From assembly GCF_001194135.2 (NCBI RefSeq), contig NC_068998.1:43005290-43051445 (forward strand): a stretch of 46,156 bases of DNA, in the 5' to 3' direction. The notes below the pieces were generated by a model. That model was not told where the DNA came from. It worked only from the letters and a program-made list of their open reading frames with translations, and searched no databases. A program made the position numbers and the translations under genes. Each line of letters starts with the position of its first letter. Position 1 is the first letter of the stretch. The stretch comes from Octopus bimaculoides. Taxonomy: Eukaryota. Shown one piece after another: positions 34,214-45,816 of this stretch.

Positions 34214-34562
34214 AGTGGTTGGTGTTAGGATGGGAAATCTAGCTGTAAAAACCCTGCCACACATACACCACAGTCTGCTTTAGGCTTATGCCTGACAGGT
34301 TCCTGTCAAACCATCCAACCCATGCCAGCATAAAAGGTGGGCGTTAAACGATGATGATGATGATGATACACACACACACATATATATATATATATATGTA
34401 GTCCACTCTGTTGAGTGGTTGGTGTTAGGATGGGAAATCTAGCTGTAAAAACCCTGCCACACATACACCACAGTCTGCTTTAGGCTTATGCCTGACAGGT
34501 TCCTGTCAAACCATCCAACCCATGCCAGCATAAAAGGTGGGCGTTAAACGATGATGATGATG
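34214..34562 (+). mobile_element. Two identical family C variants in tandem (34214-34362, 34414-34562)
   Basis: 149 bp with no difference seen, period 200, beside a gap. Confidence 0.85.
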
Positions 34563-34957
34563 GTACATACACATTCACACTCATGAAAATCATATAAATT
34601 AAGCCTATTAAGATTTTTTTTTAAATGCTAAAATTTTATTCGTGGTTGTTTGAGCAAAGCCAATGATGCTATCTTGACGATTGTCTGTCTACAAATCACC
34701 ATGAAGCTTTATACATTTGAAGGCATATGAAACGAACAATTGACTTACTTGAAAAACAGATAAGGGCTGGCCTCAGGGGAAACATCTGGCTGAAAACTAA
34801 TACCTCAATAAATCTTCGTTCTAGTTATGTTAGTATGAAAAAAGAACAGACATTAACTGAAAGAATGGTGTATATGTGTGTGTGTATGCATGCATGTGTG
34901 GGTATATGTACACATATACATATTTTATAAATACATCCACTCACACATACACACATA

Positions 34958-35070
34958 TGAAGGCTTGCTGAAAAGTTTCTGTTAAAAGAAAAGACAAGAG
35001 GATCAGTTAATTATGAGTTTATTCAACATATTCTCCTCCCAGATTCACACACTTATTGCAATGGTCCTTC
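34958..35070 (-). mobile_element. Mariner-derived MITE fragment (same family as 42560)
   Basis: TA-TGAAGGCTTGCTGAAAAGTT terminal repeat; ttattcaacatattctcctcccagattcacacacttattgca is the reverse complement of 42666-42705. Confidence 0.75.
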
Positions 35071-35155
35071 GACTCTAAAACCCCAATAAATGTTCATGTA
35101 GCACCAGGAGAAAAGACAAAAAGACAAATTAAACTAACAAAAATATTACTGGATA

Positions 35156-35214
35156 ATTCCAGATCCTGAATTTCTGACTCTGCATAAGAAATGCTTTGCC
35201 TTCATCAGTGGAAT
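35156..35214 (-). ncRNA. Type I hammerhead-like motif with intact core
   Basis: Minus strand: ATTCCA-CTGATGA-a-ggcaaaGCATttcttATGCagagtc-a-GAAA-ttcagga-TC-TGGAAT; 6-bp stem I, short stem III, imperfect stem II; predicted AUC cleavage between 35162 and 35161. Confidence 0.5.
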
Positions 35215-35349
35215 ACACTCAGATAGCACATAAATACAAATATATATATATATATATTTACATCAATACGAATACTTACATATATGAATGTATACATACA
35301 TATATATGCACGTATGCACACGACCAGTTTAAATAGTCCGCCTAATGTA

Positions 35350-35590
35350 TGTGTGTCTGTGTGTCATTCTGTTTGTGTTTGTCCCCACCCCCGTCACTAC
35401 CTGACGATCAGTGTTCGTGTGTTTATATCCTCTTAACTTAGAGATTCGGCTAAAGATACCAATAGAATAAGAACAAGGTTTAAAAAAGAGTTAAATCCTA
35501 AGGTTGATGTTTTTTGACTAAAACCTTTCAAGCTGGTGCTACAGCATGGCCACATTCAAATGACTGAAGCAGGTAAAGGAATAAAAGAAA
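35350..35590 (+). mobile_element. SINE family B 3' half
   Basis: gtttgtccccacc...gattcggctaaagataccaatagaataag...cagcatggccacattcaaatgactgaagcaggtaaagg. Confidence 0.8.
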
Positions 35591-35604
35591 AAAAAAAACA
35601 GGCA

Positions 35605-35705
35605 CTGAAATACAATGTGGTCCTTGGAACTATCTGACCCTGTCAAACTGTCCAACCCACGTTGTTGTTGAACATGGATGTTAAATGATGATGAGGATGA
35701 TGATG
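35605..35705 (+). mobile_element. Retroposon family C 3' fragment
   Basis: cctgtcaaactgtccaaccc...catggatgttaaatgatgatg. Confidence 0.65.
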
Positions 35706-35909
35706 TTGATGGTTGTAGAAGTGGTGAGAATTTATCTCCCTGCTAGCAATATAAACAAGAGCGTTTCTCTCATGGTATCTACCACAGTATGGCTTGTTCT
35801 AACAGAACATCCATATTTAAGTGGGGATGAATATTACATTTAGATATTAACATCGTGTTTTACATTTCCTGAGAGGAAAATCTAGTTCCCTAACGCAAAG
35901 TGGCAAGAA

Positions 35910-36142
35910 AACACCATCATCATCATAATTATCATTATTATTATTATTATCATTATTACTATTTATTATTGATATTATTATTGATATTATTATTACTATT
36001 ATTATTATTATTATTGCTATTATTATTATTATTATCATTATTACATACAAATAAATTAGTAAATAAAGGTAATCCTCATTCTTCACTCCATTCTCCTCCC
36101 TTTCCACAGCATCATCACCATCATTATTATCTTTATTATTAC

Positions 36143-36170
<28 letters not shown>
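35910..36170. repeat. (CAT)n/(ATT)n microsatellites
   Basis: Direct reading. Confidence 0.95.
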
Positions 36171-36173
<3 letters not shown>

Positions 36174-37389
36174 ACGAAAGCATTATGCTAACTTTTATTT
36201 GTCAGTTGTCATAAATCAAAGTTATCATTTTTCTTGGTGGGTTTTCTTTTTAAATTTGTTTTTTGTCTTTTTCATTTCTTTCTTTGGTTGTATTTTTAGC
36301 ATTTCACATTATTTTCGAATTTTATTTCACACGATATATTCCGCATGACATTGAACATTGTGAAAATAAATGGCAGCAAACAAAATCCACTTTCCACCAC
36401 CATCACCGCAACCACACTGGGCCAACTCTTTGGAAAGTAAATAAATTTCAATGTTTCGTAAGGAATGGATTGGCATTTCAGCAAATGTTTGATTGAAATA
36501 ATTCTTCCCACCTCGTTCCACATCAACCCTCCCTTTCATCTGTGTATTTAATGCTTACTACTACTACTACTATTATTATTGTTATTTATTTATTTAGTAT
36601 TAATATTATTTTTTTATTTATTTATTTAAATTCTGTGGCAGTTTCTGGTGAATAAATAAAATATTTCATAAGGAATGGATCGGCATTTCACCAAACGGTC
36701 GATCAGAAGAGAAGAACCCACCGCTCCTACTCCATTCAGAACTTTTAGAACCCCCTCTCTCTCCCCCAACCACGACCACCACCACCTCCCTTCTAACCTG
36801 ATCCCACCGCTTCTATAATATCTGAAAGTCACTTGAAACAATAGTCTCCCTTTATTGATTACCTTAATGTTGGTTTCATTTTTTTTTTTTTCTTTAAGGC
36901 TAATTCTGACTTGATTCCTTTCATCAAAGGATCATATTATAACAGTTATTGCTTATGCTGTAGTTGTTGTTGTTCCTGTTTGTTGTTGTAATTGCTGAGG
37001 TTTTTGTGTGAAGACAAATTATATTTTAAATAATTTTTTTATTTTAAAAAATATTCTTTTTCTTCTTCTTCTTGTTAAATTATTTTTGCTGCTGTTGTTG
37101 ATACTTTTTGAAATGTTCAAGTCTCAACTTATATACATTACATGTATGTATGTCTCTCTTTCTCTCTCTTCTTTATATATATGTGTGTGTGTGTGTAGGT
37201 ATGTATATATTTATCATCCTTAAGTGTATATTTTGTGTGTTACTAATTTTAGTTTTCCATTTGTCGTTCTTATTGGTGTTGCTGTTTCTCTTGTTATCAT
37301 TTTTGAAAAGAGTATTAATAATTTCTGACTCGAAATGAACATTCACATAAAACAAAAATATTAGATAAAAAAGACAAATAAAATTGAGC

Positions 37390-37423
<34 letters not shown>

Positions 37424-37933
37424 GAACTGAATGAGAAAATTGTTGGCACAACAAAGATTTCAGAAATTATAAAACTGGGATCTATTAGTGTAACATCAAT
37501 AAATGTTTGCATTTTAAACACACCAGTTATTTTAAAAAGGAACAGCAAATAAAAAGGTGGAGTGGATTAAAATAACGAAAATAGGACAACAATTGCAACA
37601 AAAAGAAGAATAATAAACAGCATGAACTACGATGTTAAGAGATTTTTGAATACAGTAGAATATTTCAGTTGTGTTCCTCATTATATAGTGTGATGAAAGG
37701 AAACAATAAGGCATTTACCTTTCCTTCATATTTTCAGATTATCAATGTGTATATATGTGTGTATGTGTGTGCTCTGGCATGTGAGTGTATGTGTGTGTGT
37801 GGTCTGGCATTTGTGTTATGTATGTATATTTGTATTTGTGTATATTTTTATTTTGTTGTATGATATTTCTCTCTTTCTGTGTGTTTTTATGTATATGTGC
37901 ATGCATATGTCTATTTACCTAACTATCTATTGA

Positions 37934-38400
<467 letters not shown>

Positions 38401-38825
38401 ACTAACAAATATTTATGCCAGATACCATGTGTTAAAAAACCTCTGATAACTTTATTGTAGTTAAACTATAGATTTTAAGCGTTTCAATACAGAACATTAA
38501 ACAGTTCTGAATACAACTTGGTTTATTTATCACACATAAAAAAAACAAAAATAAAGGAGATCACCCTAATATGTTTTACAGGTCACTGACCATAGATAAG
38601 AGGACAAACTATCTTACCAATATTCTGCCTACAAAGAGAGCTTAAGTAAACATCAGCATGAATTTCCTGTCATCTTCATCAACATTTTCAAACCATTGAA
38701 TTGCTAGCGTTATCATTATTCAAACCCATTTCTATTACACCACAATAAAGTAACCCACAAAATGATACGTGGAATTTCGTTATTCCTTTCATGTGAGTTC
38801 AATTTCTTATGGAACTGAACTTGTC

Positions 38826-39035
38826 TTGCATCATTCAAGCTTGCTTGCTTTATGTTCTTGCTTGATGAGGATCAGCGGGGGTTCATCCTAGGTTAGTGGT
38901 CCAACAGATATCATCATGCATAGAGCTGACCAGGTCTACTAGTGCTCTCCATTGGCTGTGGTCCCAGGGTCTGACATGAAGCCTCTACCTGCCTGCTGTA
39001 TCAGATGTGAGTAAAGCCCTCACATCATTCAAGGG
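38826..39035 (-). mobile_element. Probable RTE-type LINE 3' terminus, decayed
   Basis: Minus frame LNDVRALLTSDTAGR*RLHVRPWDHSQWRALVDLVSSM resembles the RTE C-terminal W.D.V...DR..WR.LV motif; (CAAG)n-like tail. Confidence 0.5.
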
Positions 39036-39144
39036 TTGAATAACATAAACCATATTAATATAGACCATATTTGTTGGATTACAAATCATTATTCAAAGTT
39101 TATATCCTGTTGGTTATACAAAAGTGATCTGTGTGGGGATATAG

Positions 39145-39240
39145 CAGAAAACACTTGTCAAAGGTGGGTGCCATGCACTTGGATTGAATCCAGATCCATG
39201 TAGTTGGGAAGCAAGCTTCTTAACCCCCACCCCTGCGCAC
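39145..39240 (-). mobile_element. SINE family B 5' fragment
   Basis: agaaaacacttgtcaaagg...gaatccagatccatgtagttgggaagcaagcttcttaac. Confidence 0.7.
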
Positions 39241-39518
39241 AAGTGTTTTATACAGGTACCGAACCTCTTATCCAGTAACCTTTGAACCGGAGGTGGTCTG
39301 AATTTCTTTTTTGTTTTTTTGTTTTTTATTTATTTTTGTTTATGGTGCAAGTAAGAAATTTGAGGTAGATTTGACTCCTATATTCAACGCAATGATTGTG
39401 ACCACTTTGAAATTCTTTGGTTACTAAGCAACAATATTGTTGAAATGAATTCAGTTATTTTAACTGAACTGGAGTGTTGGATGATGTGAATTTTTGCTTT
39501 TATTTTGATGTGCGTGCG

Positions 39519-39570
<52 letters not shown>

Positions 39571-39954
39571 TGTGTGTGTGTGTGTGTGTGTGTGTGTTCG
39601 AGGAACAGAGATGAAAGTAAGTTGACCTATTTTTATTCAGTGTTGTTGCCTGAAGTAATGCTAGAGTTCTTACCAACATCTTTTGATTCTAAAATAAATT
39701 TTGGACTATGCTGACCTCATCTGCATATAGTGGTTAGTCAAAGAATTTTATTTATTTATTTATTTATATATTCATTTATTTATTTATTTATTTTTACCTG
39801 TGTAAAATATAGCTGTATGACCTACATTGGCAGATAATACATTTTCCATGTCATTTTCTATTCAATAAGTAGATTCTCACATCTAGCTTTTGAGCCTTCT
39901 GCTTCTTACTTTGCTTGCAATATTCTGGATATTAGAGCAATATTCTGCAATATT

Positions 39955-40290
39955 TGAGCGTCAAGCTTACTATCGCGAGGTTGTGAGTTCGATTCCCAGA
40001 CCGGGCTGTGTGTTGTGTTTTTGAGCAAGACACTTTATTTCATGTTGCTCCGGTTAACTCAGCTGTAGAAATGAATTGCGACATCACTAGTGCCAAGAAA
40101 TGAGTTGCGACGTCACTGGTGCCAAGCTGTATCAGCCTTTCCCTTGGATAACACTGGTGGCATGGACAGGGGAGGCTGGTATGCATGGGCAACTGCTGAT
40201 ATTCCATAAACAACTCTGCCTGTACTTGTGTCTCGGAGGGTAACTTTGTAGGTGCAATCCCATGCTCAGTCATGATCGAAGGGGGTCCCC
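39955..40290 (+). mobile_element. tRNA-derived SINE, family F, with internal 29-bp tandem duplication
   Basis: gtgagttcgattccc B-box; colinear with 15839; units at 40068-40096 and 40097-40125. Confidence 0.85.
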
Positions 40291-40457
40291 AATTACTCTC
40301 AAATATAATTGCATGGTATTGAACATTGAATTGAAGAATTTGAGAAATGCTTTTAGATAACAGTCAAAGCTTCTCATCAGGTTGTTCTTCATATGTTATA
40401 TGTCAAGTTTCACCAAATTATGGTCCTCTTCTATTCTGGGGTTGTGCATACTCTATT

Positions 40458-40530
40458 CTGTTACTTGTTTCAGTCATTTGACAGCAACCATGCTGGAGCA
40501 CCACCTTTAGTTGCACAAATCGACTACAGC
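40458..40530 (-). mobile_element. SINE family B 3' tail fragment
   Basis: ttacttgtttcagtcatttgacagcaaccatgctggagcaccacctttagt. Confidence 0.8.
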
Positions 40531-42214
40531 TAGTCTGGGAATTTGTTTTATACCATCTTGTAATAAACTTCATTTATAAAACTCTCAATAGTCCACTGCA
40601 TCAAACTAGGTACCATACATAAGTGTAACTTTTATAAATTGCAGAAAGCTGAATAGCATTTATAAGTGTTTTAATAACTTAACATTGTTGAGTTCAATGC
40701 TTCCTAGTGGGAGGATAACAAGATGATGGATTGATTCTAGTTGTCTACCCATCTCACTTTTCAATCATCATATTAACTAAAAATATACAGAATAAAAATC
40801 CACCAAAGCCAAAGTGTAAGAAAAGCGAAAAACATGTTACACTACATTAACATGAAACAAACTAAAACAAAAAGTGAGTAGAAATCTGACAAGGTTTACA
40901 GATATAACGAAAAGAGAACAACTTGTGTTGTGTTCCAGAGCAAAAGAAAATTGATTAAAATAATTATAAAAATGCTATAAACAGAAGTAAATTATATAAA
41001 GTTGTAAATTTTTTTAATTTTTCACCAACACAGTTCAAAATCAATGGGCTTGAAAGTAAAGAGGAAAATTTGGTACTGAATATTTGTAATATATTGAACT
41101 GAATTTGTTTTGACTGGAGGAGACTGAACAAGAAAGATTGATGAAAATGTGTAGAGAAACATTAAAGAAAAATATATAAAGAAAGGAAGGGAAACAAAAA
41201 GAACGAGTTAGGAAAGTGCAACGGTATGTTACACAAACTCTATAACAATCAGAAATCTTACAAGAAGGAGAGAAAATATTATTAAAAAGAGAACAATGGG
41301 AGCATGAAGATAATGATCAAAATATTGACACAAAGATAAAGAAGCTTCAGAATTTAAAAGAAAAGTTGAAAATGGTAAGGAAAAACTAATAATGATAATA
41401 AAAATTTGGATTCTTTGAGAAATGATGCAAGCATTGATTTAGCAGTCAGAACTAAAACTTCGTCATTGAGTGTGACTTGATGCAAGGAATTTTGAAATAT
41501 AATAATTATTTTCCTGAAACATTAAAGATTTCAATTGCAAAACTATGGCTTTGTGGTTTATGGTATCTTTGATGGTTTCTGAAATTAGCTTCAAAGCTTC
41601 TTTAAACTTTGTCATGGATTCCTTTCAGATATCACTGTATTTGATTGTTAGTTTTGGCCTGTTTATGTGTGTATATATGTATAAATCTATCACACACGCA
41701 CATGTATGTATGTATGCATGTATGTAAATGCAGCTTGTATTCGGCCTTATTTTGAAGGATCTTTTGCATTAATGTAGGTATGTAAGTAATTTTTTTTTTT
41801 ATTATCAAATATAATAATATAAGTTATTTACATGTATTTAAGTCATGAAACAATTTGTTGTGATATAAAAATTTTTATTATGGTTAAATAAAATTTCTTC
41901 AAACTATTTCTGTCATTTAGGCCTTTATACACTCCCTATCGTTTCCTCTTGTGTATTACTATATGTATTATAGAATGATGCATTAAGAAGCTTTTTTATG
42001 AGTACTACTGGAATAAGTGAATCCACACATTGTAGCTTATATATATATACATATATATATATATTCAAGAAAGTTAGGGGTTGCGAATCCAACCTACTAA
42101 GGGATAATATCTATCCAATATACTGCCGGAAGGATACCCAATTATCATTACACAAGTGTTTTTACCAAGTGCAATAAATGGGTGCAGGTAGAAGGAAATT
42201 TTACCCTTAATTTA

Positions 42215-42450
42215 TATACCAATAAGAAAATGGAGGGGAATATGTGGTATTCATCAACTTGCAGACATTGTATTATAATAATTTACCTGTTTATTTTTCA
42301 ACTAAGAGGACAATAAAAACAATATACAAACACAAAGAAATGTATACTGTTTTTATTGTCCTCTTAGTTGAAAAATAAACTGGCAAATTGACATAATACA
42401 ATGTCTGCAAGTTGATGAGTACCACATATTCCCCTCCATTTTCTTGTTGC

Positions 42451-42454
<4 letters not shown>
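42215..42454. repeat. Long inverted repeat, 114-bp arms with 12-nt loop, in an element bounded by (TA)n (about 42064-42450)
   Basis: Arms 42215-42328 and 42341-42454, about 9 differences by eye. Confidence 0.95.
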
Positions 42455-42488
<34 letters not shown>

Positions 42489-42559
42489 CACACACATCTA
42501 GTATAAAATCAGGTGTGAGATGAATGAAGATTTATTTTTTGCTATGTGACTTCATTGTA

Positions 42560-42776
42560 CGAGGGGTGCTAAAAAGTCCTTAGCTTCAAGGGTATTGCAA
42601 AAGACCTGGTCAGAGGCCCAATCTTCTGAGTTCTTTTACAGGGCTTAGAAAAGCTGAAGGACCACTGCAATAAGTGTTTAAATCTGAGAGGGGAATATGT
42701 TGAATGAAATCATAATTACCTGATCATCCTGTATTTTCTTTTACCTAAAGCTAAAAACTTTTCAAGTACCCCCTCA
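42560..42776 (+). mobile_element. Mariner-derived MITE (internal deletion derivative)
   Basis: TA-CGAGGGGTGCTAAAAAGT ... ACTTTTCAAGTACCCCCTCA-TA termini with TA TSD; interior encodes LQGLEKLKDHCNKCLNLRGEYVE*, the mariner transposase C-terminus (G..KL..RW.KC....G.YFE). Confidence 0.85.
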
Positions 42777-43079
42777 TATATTATAAAATCAGGAGGTTTG
42801 AGAGTTGAATAAAGACTTAATTTTTCTGTATGTCTTCCACATGACTTTAGCCATTTTTTAACCTTCACCTCTCATATCTCCTGACTTTATACTTTATTTA
42901 CTACCCATGAAAAAAATTTACTGTTGGAATTTCCTGGATCTTTGGTTGCATGGATATATTGCCTTACGCTACATAATAATTAGTAACTGATAGCCAATTC
43001 TGAGTGAGGAGCTTACTGTGAATGTCTCTTTATTATCTAAACCAAGTTTTGTACTGTTCTTTTATATATATACACAAAA

Positions 43080-43240
43080 GTCGTGGCTACATGGTAAGAA
43101 GTTTTCCTCCCAACTACACGGTCCTGGGTTCAGTCCCACTGCATGAAATCTTGGCCAAATGTCTTTTACTATAGCCTCAGGCCAACCAAAGCCTTATGAG
43201 TGGATTTGGTAGACAGAAACTGAAAGAAGCCCATACATAC
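43080..43240 (+). mobile_element. SINE family B 5' half
   Basis: atggtaagaagttttcctcccaac...gggttcagtcccactgc...gtggatttggtagacagaaactgaaagaagccc. Confidence 0.85.
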
Positions 43241-43244
43241 ATAT

Positions 43245-43330
43245 ATGTAGAAGACACTTGCCCAGGGTGCGACACAGTGGAACTGAATCGAGAAACATGT
43301 AGTTGGGAAGCAAGCTTCTTACCACACACC
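43245..43330 (-). mobile_element. SINE family B 5' third, inverted against the previous copy
   Basis: tagaagacacttgcccaggg...ggaagcaagcttcttaccacac. Confidence 0.8.
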
Positions 43331-44370
43331 AACACATGTGCCTATGATTTTAATTATATGCATATAAGAAGAATATAACCCGAGCATGATTGCAGTTCAT
43401 CCGAGGAACCATCTACACACAGCTGTTGCTGAAAAATATTTAAATACATAGTAAATCCAAAGAATAATCTTATATAATGATGTTTAGATTTAAAATCAGC
43501 AACTTAAAGCTGGTGTCTGATGAAGAAACAAATGTTGTGATTTGCTGTTAGTGCCTGGTATTTTCCATCCTCATGTTATGTTGTTCTTATATCAATCCTA
43601 TACAATAGCAGAATTCCAAATATTTATTCATTTTTGGAACATAACTAAAAATCTGGGACTTTTTCAGCAAAGTCTTTGGTTATATTTGTTCTGCCACGAC
43701 CCACAGAGACTCTCTTACCATTCTCACTGGCAAGAACGAGGTGAAATTATTGGAAAAATCATAACCGAAACTGTTATTTTTCACAAAAATGTGATATACA
43801 TAAATGTAAATAAATAAGTAATCATTGAAATTCCAGCAATGATATTTTCTCATCATCATTATTCACCTAATAAAACAAAAAAAAAAACAAAAAAAATTAT
43901 ATATTTCGCTCACAGATTCTAGCCAAATGGCACCTTAAATCTGAAAACGTTTAAGCTCTGAGATAACTGTCTAGACACAGACAACGTAGTTTTACTAATA
44001 ATCCAGACATGTGCTTCCTTCATAACTCTGTGTCGCTCGATTCAAAAGACAGGAATTGAATGGATAAAATGAAGATGACGTTGAGTGAATATGTGTCAAT
44101 GGAAATTTATAAAGACACAGAATGGATGGTGTATCTATGAAATAGCATCTGAGGTAGTGATCAGTTTGTTGTTGTTGAGTAGTTACTGAGGATATGAAGA
44201 TATTTTCCATATATGAATAAGCATGGCAATGTTGCCTAAGTATTTCAAAGCATACATGTGTGTATGGTGCTATGCATATTTATGTATGTATATATATATG
44301 ACTATATTTATATATATATATAAATGTACATATATAAATATAGTTATATATAACTATATTTATATATACA

Positions 44371-44765
44371 TAGGTGCAGGGGTGGCTGTGTGGTAAGAAG
44401 CTTGCTTCCCAACCACATGGTTCCGGGTTCAGTCCCACTGCGTGGCACCTTGAGCAAATCTCTTTTACTATAGCCTCAGGTTGCCCAAAGCCTTGTGAGT
44501 GAATTTGGTAGGTGGAAACTAAAAGAAGCCCGTCGTATATATGTGTGTGTTTGTTATTTTTGTCTGTGTTTGTACCCCACCATTGTTTGACAACCGTTGT
44601 CGGTGTGTTTACATCCCTGTCACATAGTGGTTCAGCAAAAGGAGACCGATGGAATAAGTATTAGGCTTACAAAGAATAAGTGCTGGGGTCGATTTGCTTG
44701 ACTAAAGGCAGTGCTCCAGCATGGCCACAGTCAAATGACTGAAACAAGTAAAAGAATAAAAGAAT
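44371..44765 (+). mobile_element. CORE-like SINE family B (full length)
   Basis: aggtgcaggggtggctgtgtggtaagaagc...gggttcagtccc...aagtaaaagaataaaag. Confidence 0.9.
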
Positions 44766-44767
44766 AT

Positions 44768-45165
44768 ACTTGGCTGTGTAGTAAGAAGTTTGCTTCTCAA
44801 GCACATAGTTCTGGGTTTAGTTTCACTGTGTGATATCTTGGGCAAGAGTCTTCTAATATAGCCTTGGTCTAACGAAACCTTTGAGTGGATTTGCCAGGCC
44901 AAAAATGGAAAGAAGCCCATCCTATGCGTGTGTAAGTTTGCGTTTGTGTGTGTCTTTGTGGTCGGTGTTTGTCCCCTTATCACTGTTTGATAACTGGTGT
45001 TGGTGTGTTTATGTTGCCGTAACATTAGCGGTTCAGCAAAAAAGAACAATACAAAAAGACTAGGCTTTTAAAAAAATGATGTCCTGGGGTCCGTTTGTTA
45101 GGCTAAAACCTTTCATGGTGATGTTTCAGCATTGCTGCAGTCAAATGACTGAAACCAGTAAAAGA
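44768..45165 (+). mobile_element. CORE-like SINE family B, older copy in tandem
   Basis: Colinear with 44371, more diverged. Confidence 0.85.
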
Positions 45166-45454
45166 ACACACACACACACACACACACACATAACAACAAA
45201 CACATGTACACACACACACTCACGTACATATCTTAACTTTCAGTGTTGAGTTTGAATTCTACTGACAATCTGCAGAGATAAATTTAAAAACTGAGAATAT
45301 TGCACTGCTAACACAAAAAAGTCACAATCTTGACTAGTAGACCTTTCATATATTTAGTAGTTTTTTTATGATTGCAAAATAAAATACTGCATTCTTGGAA
45401 GCAATCAATTTATACACACACACACACACATAATGTATAAATTAATTGCTATTT

Positions 45455-45620
45455 TTTTCTCCGTGTTTTTCTCCTTGTTTTCTCCGTATTCTTTCTGTTG
45501 AAGAGCGTAGCTCGAAACGTTAAAGACTTTCCGGATTCCCGAGCGTCATACTAATACATCCTTTTGTTGTTTACACCACCTGTCCTCGTCTGTTATTGTT
45601 TTTTTTTCGTACATTCTCCC
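45455..45620 (+). mobile_element. Short hammerhead-bearing repeat (family H), copy 2
   Basis: Colinear with 25725-25880; CpGs retained; followed by (TA)n. Confidence 0.8.
45490..45526 (+). ncRNA. Minimal hammerhead-like motif with CUGUUGA core and palindromic ACGU stem III
   Basis: TCTTT-CTGTTGA-a-GAGC-gta-GCTC-GAAAC-GTT-AAAGA; 5-bp stem I (extendable by TCCG 45483-86 / CGGA 45532-35), 4-bp stem II; predicted cleavage after 45521. Confidence 0.65.
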
Positions 45621-45816
45621 ATATATATATATATATATATATCTATATATTAATTAATTCAATAATAGGATAAAATCTAAAAAATCCAAGGGAGAATTTA
45701 TAATACATAAAATCTATGAAATATTGGACTAAGAATTAAAATCAGTTACGTTTAAGAAACGAAAGTCGGAGAAAGACTACACACATTTCATGGCCACATA
45801 ACTGGGAAATATTATT

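Noticed and set aside
38620-38632. 11-nt minus-strand micro-exon between CTCTCTTTGTAG and GTAAGA
   Set aside because: It cannot be distinguished from chance without transcript data.
40330-40390. Minus-strand CTGATGA followed by an inverted repeat
   Set aside because: The G of GAAA is missing, and stems III and I do not form.
43510-43540. CTGATGAAGAAAC as a hammerhead core
   Set aside because: There is no room for stem II and no convincing stem I.
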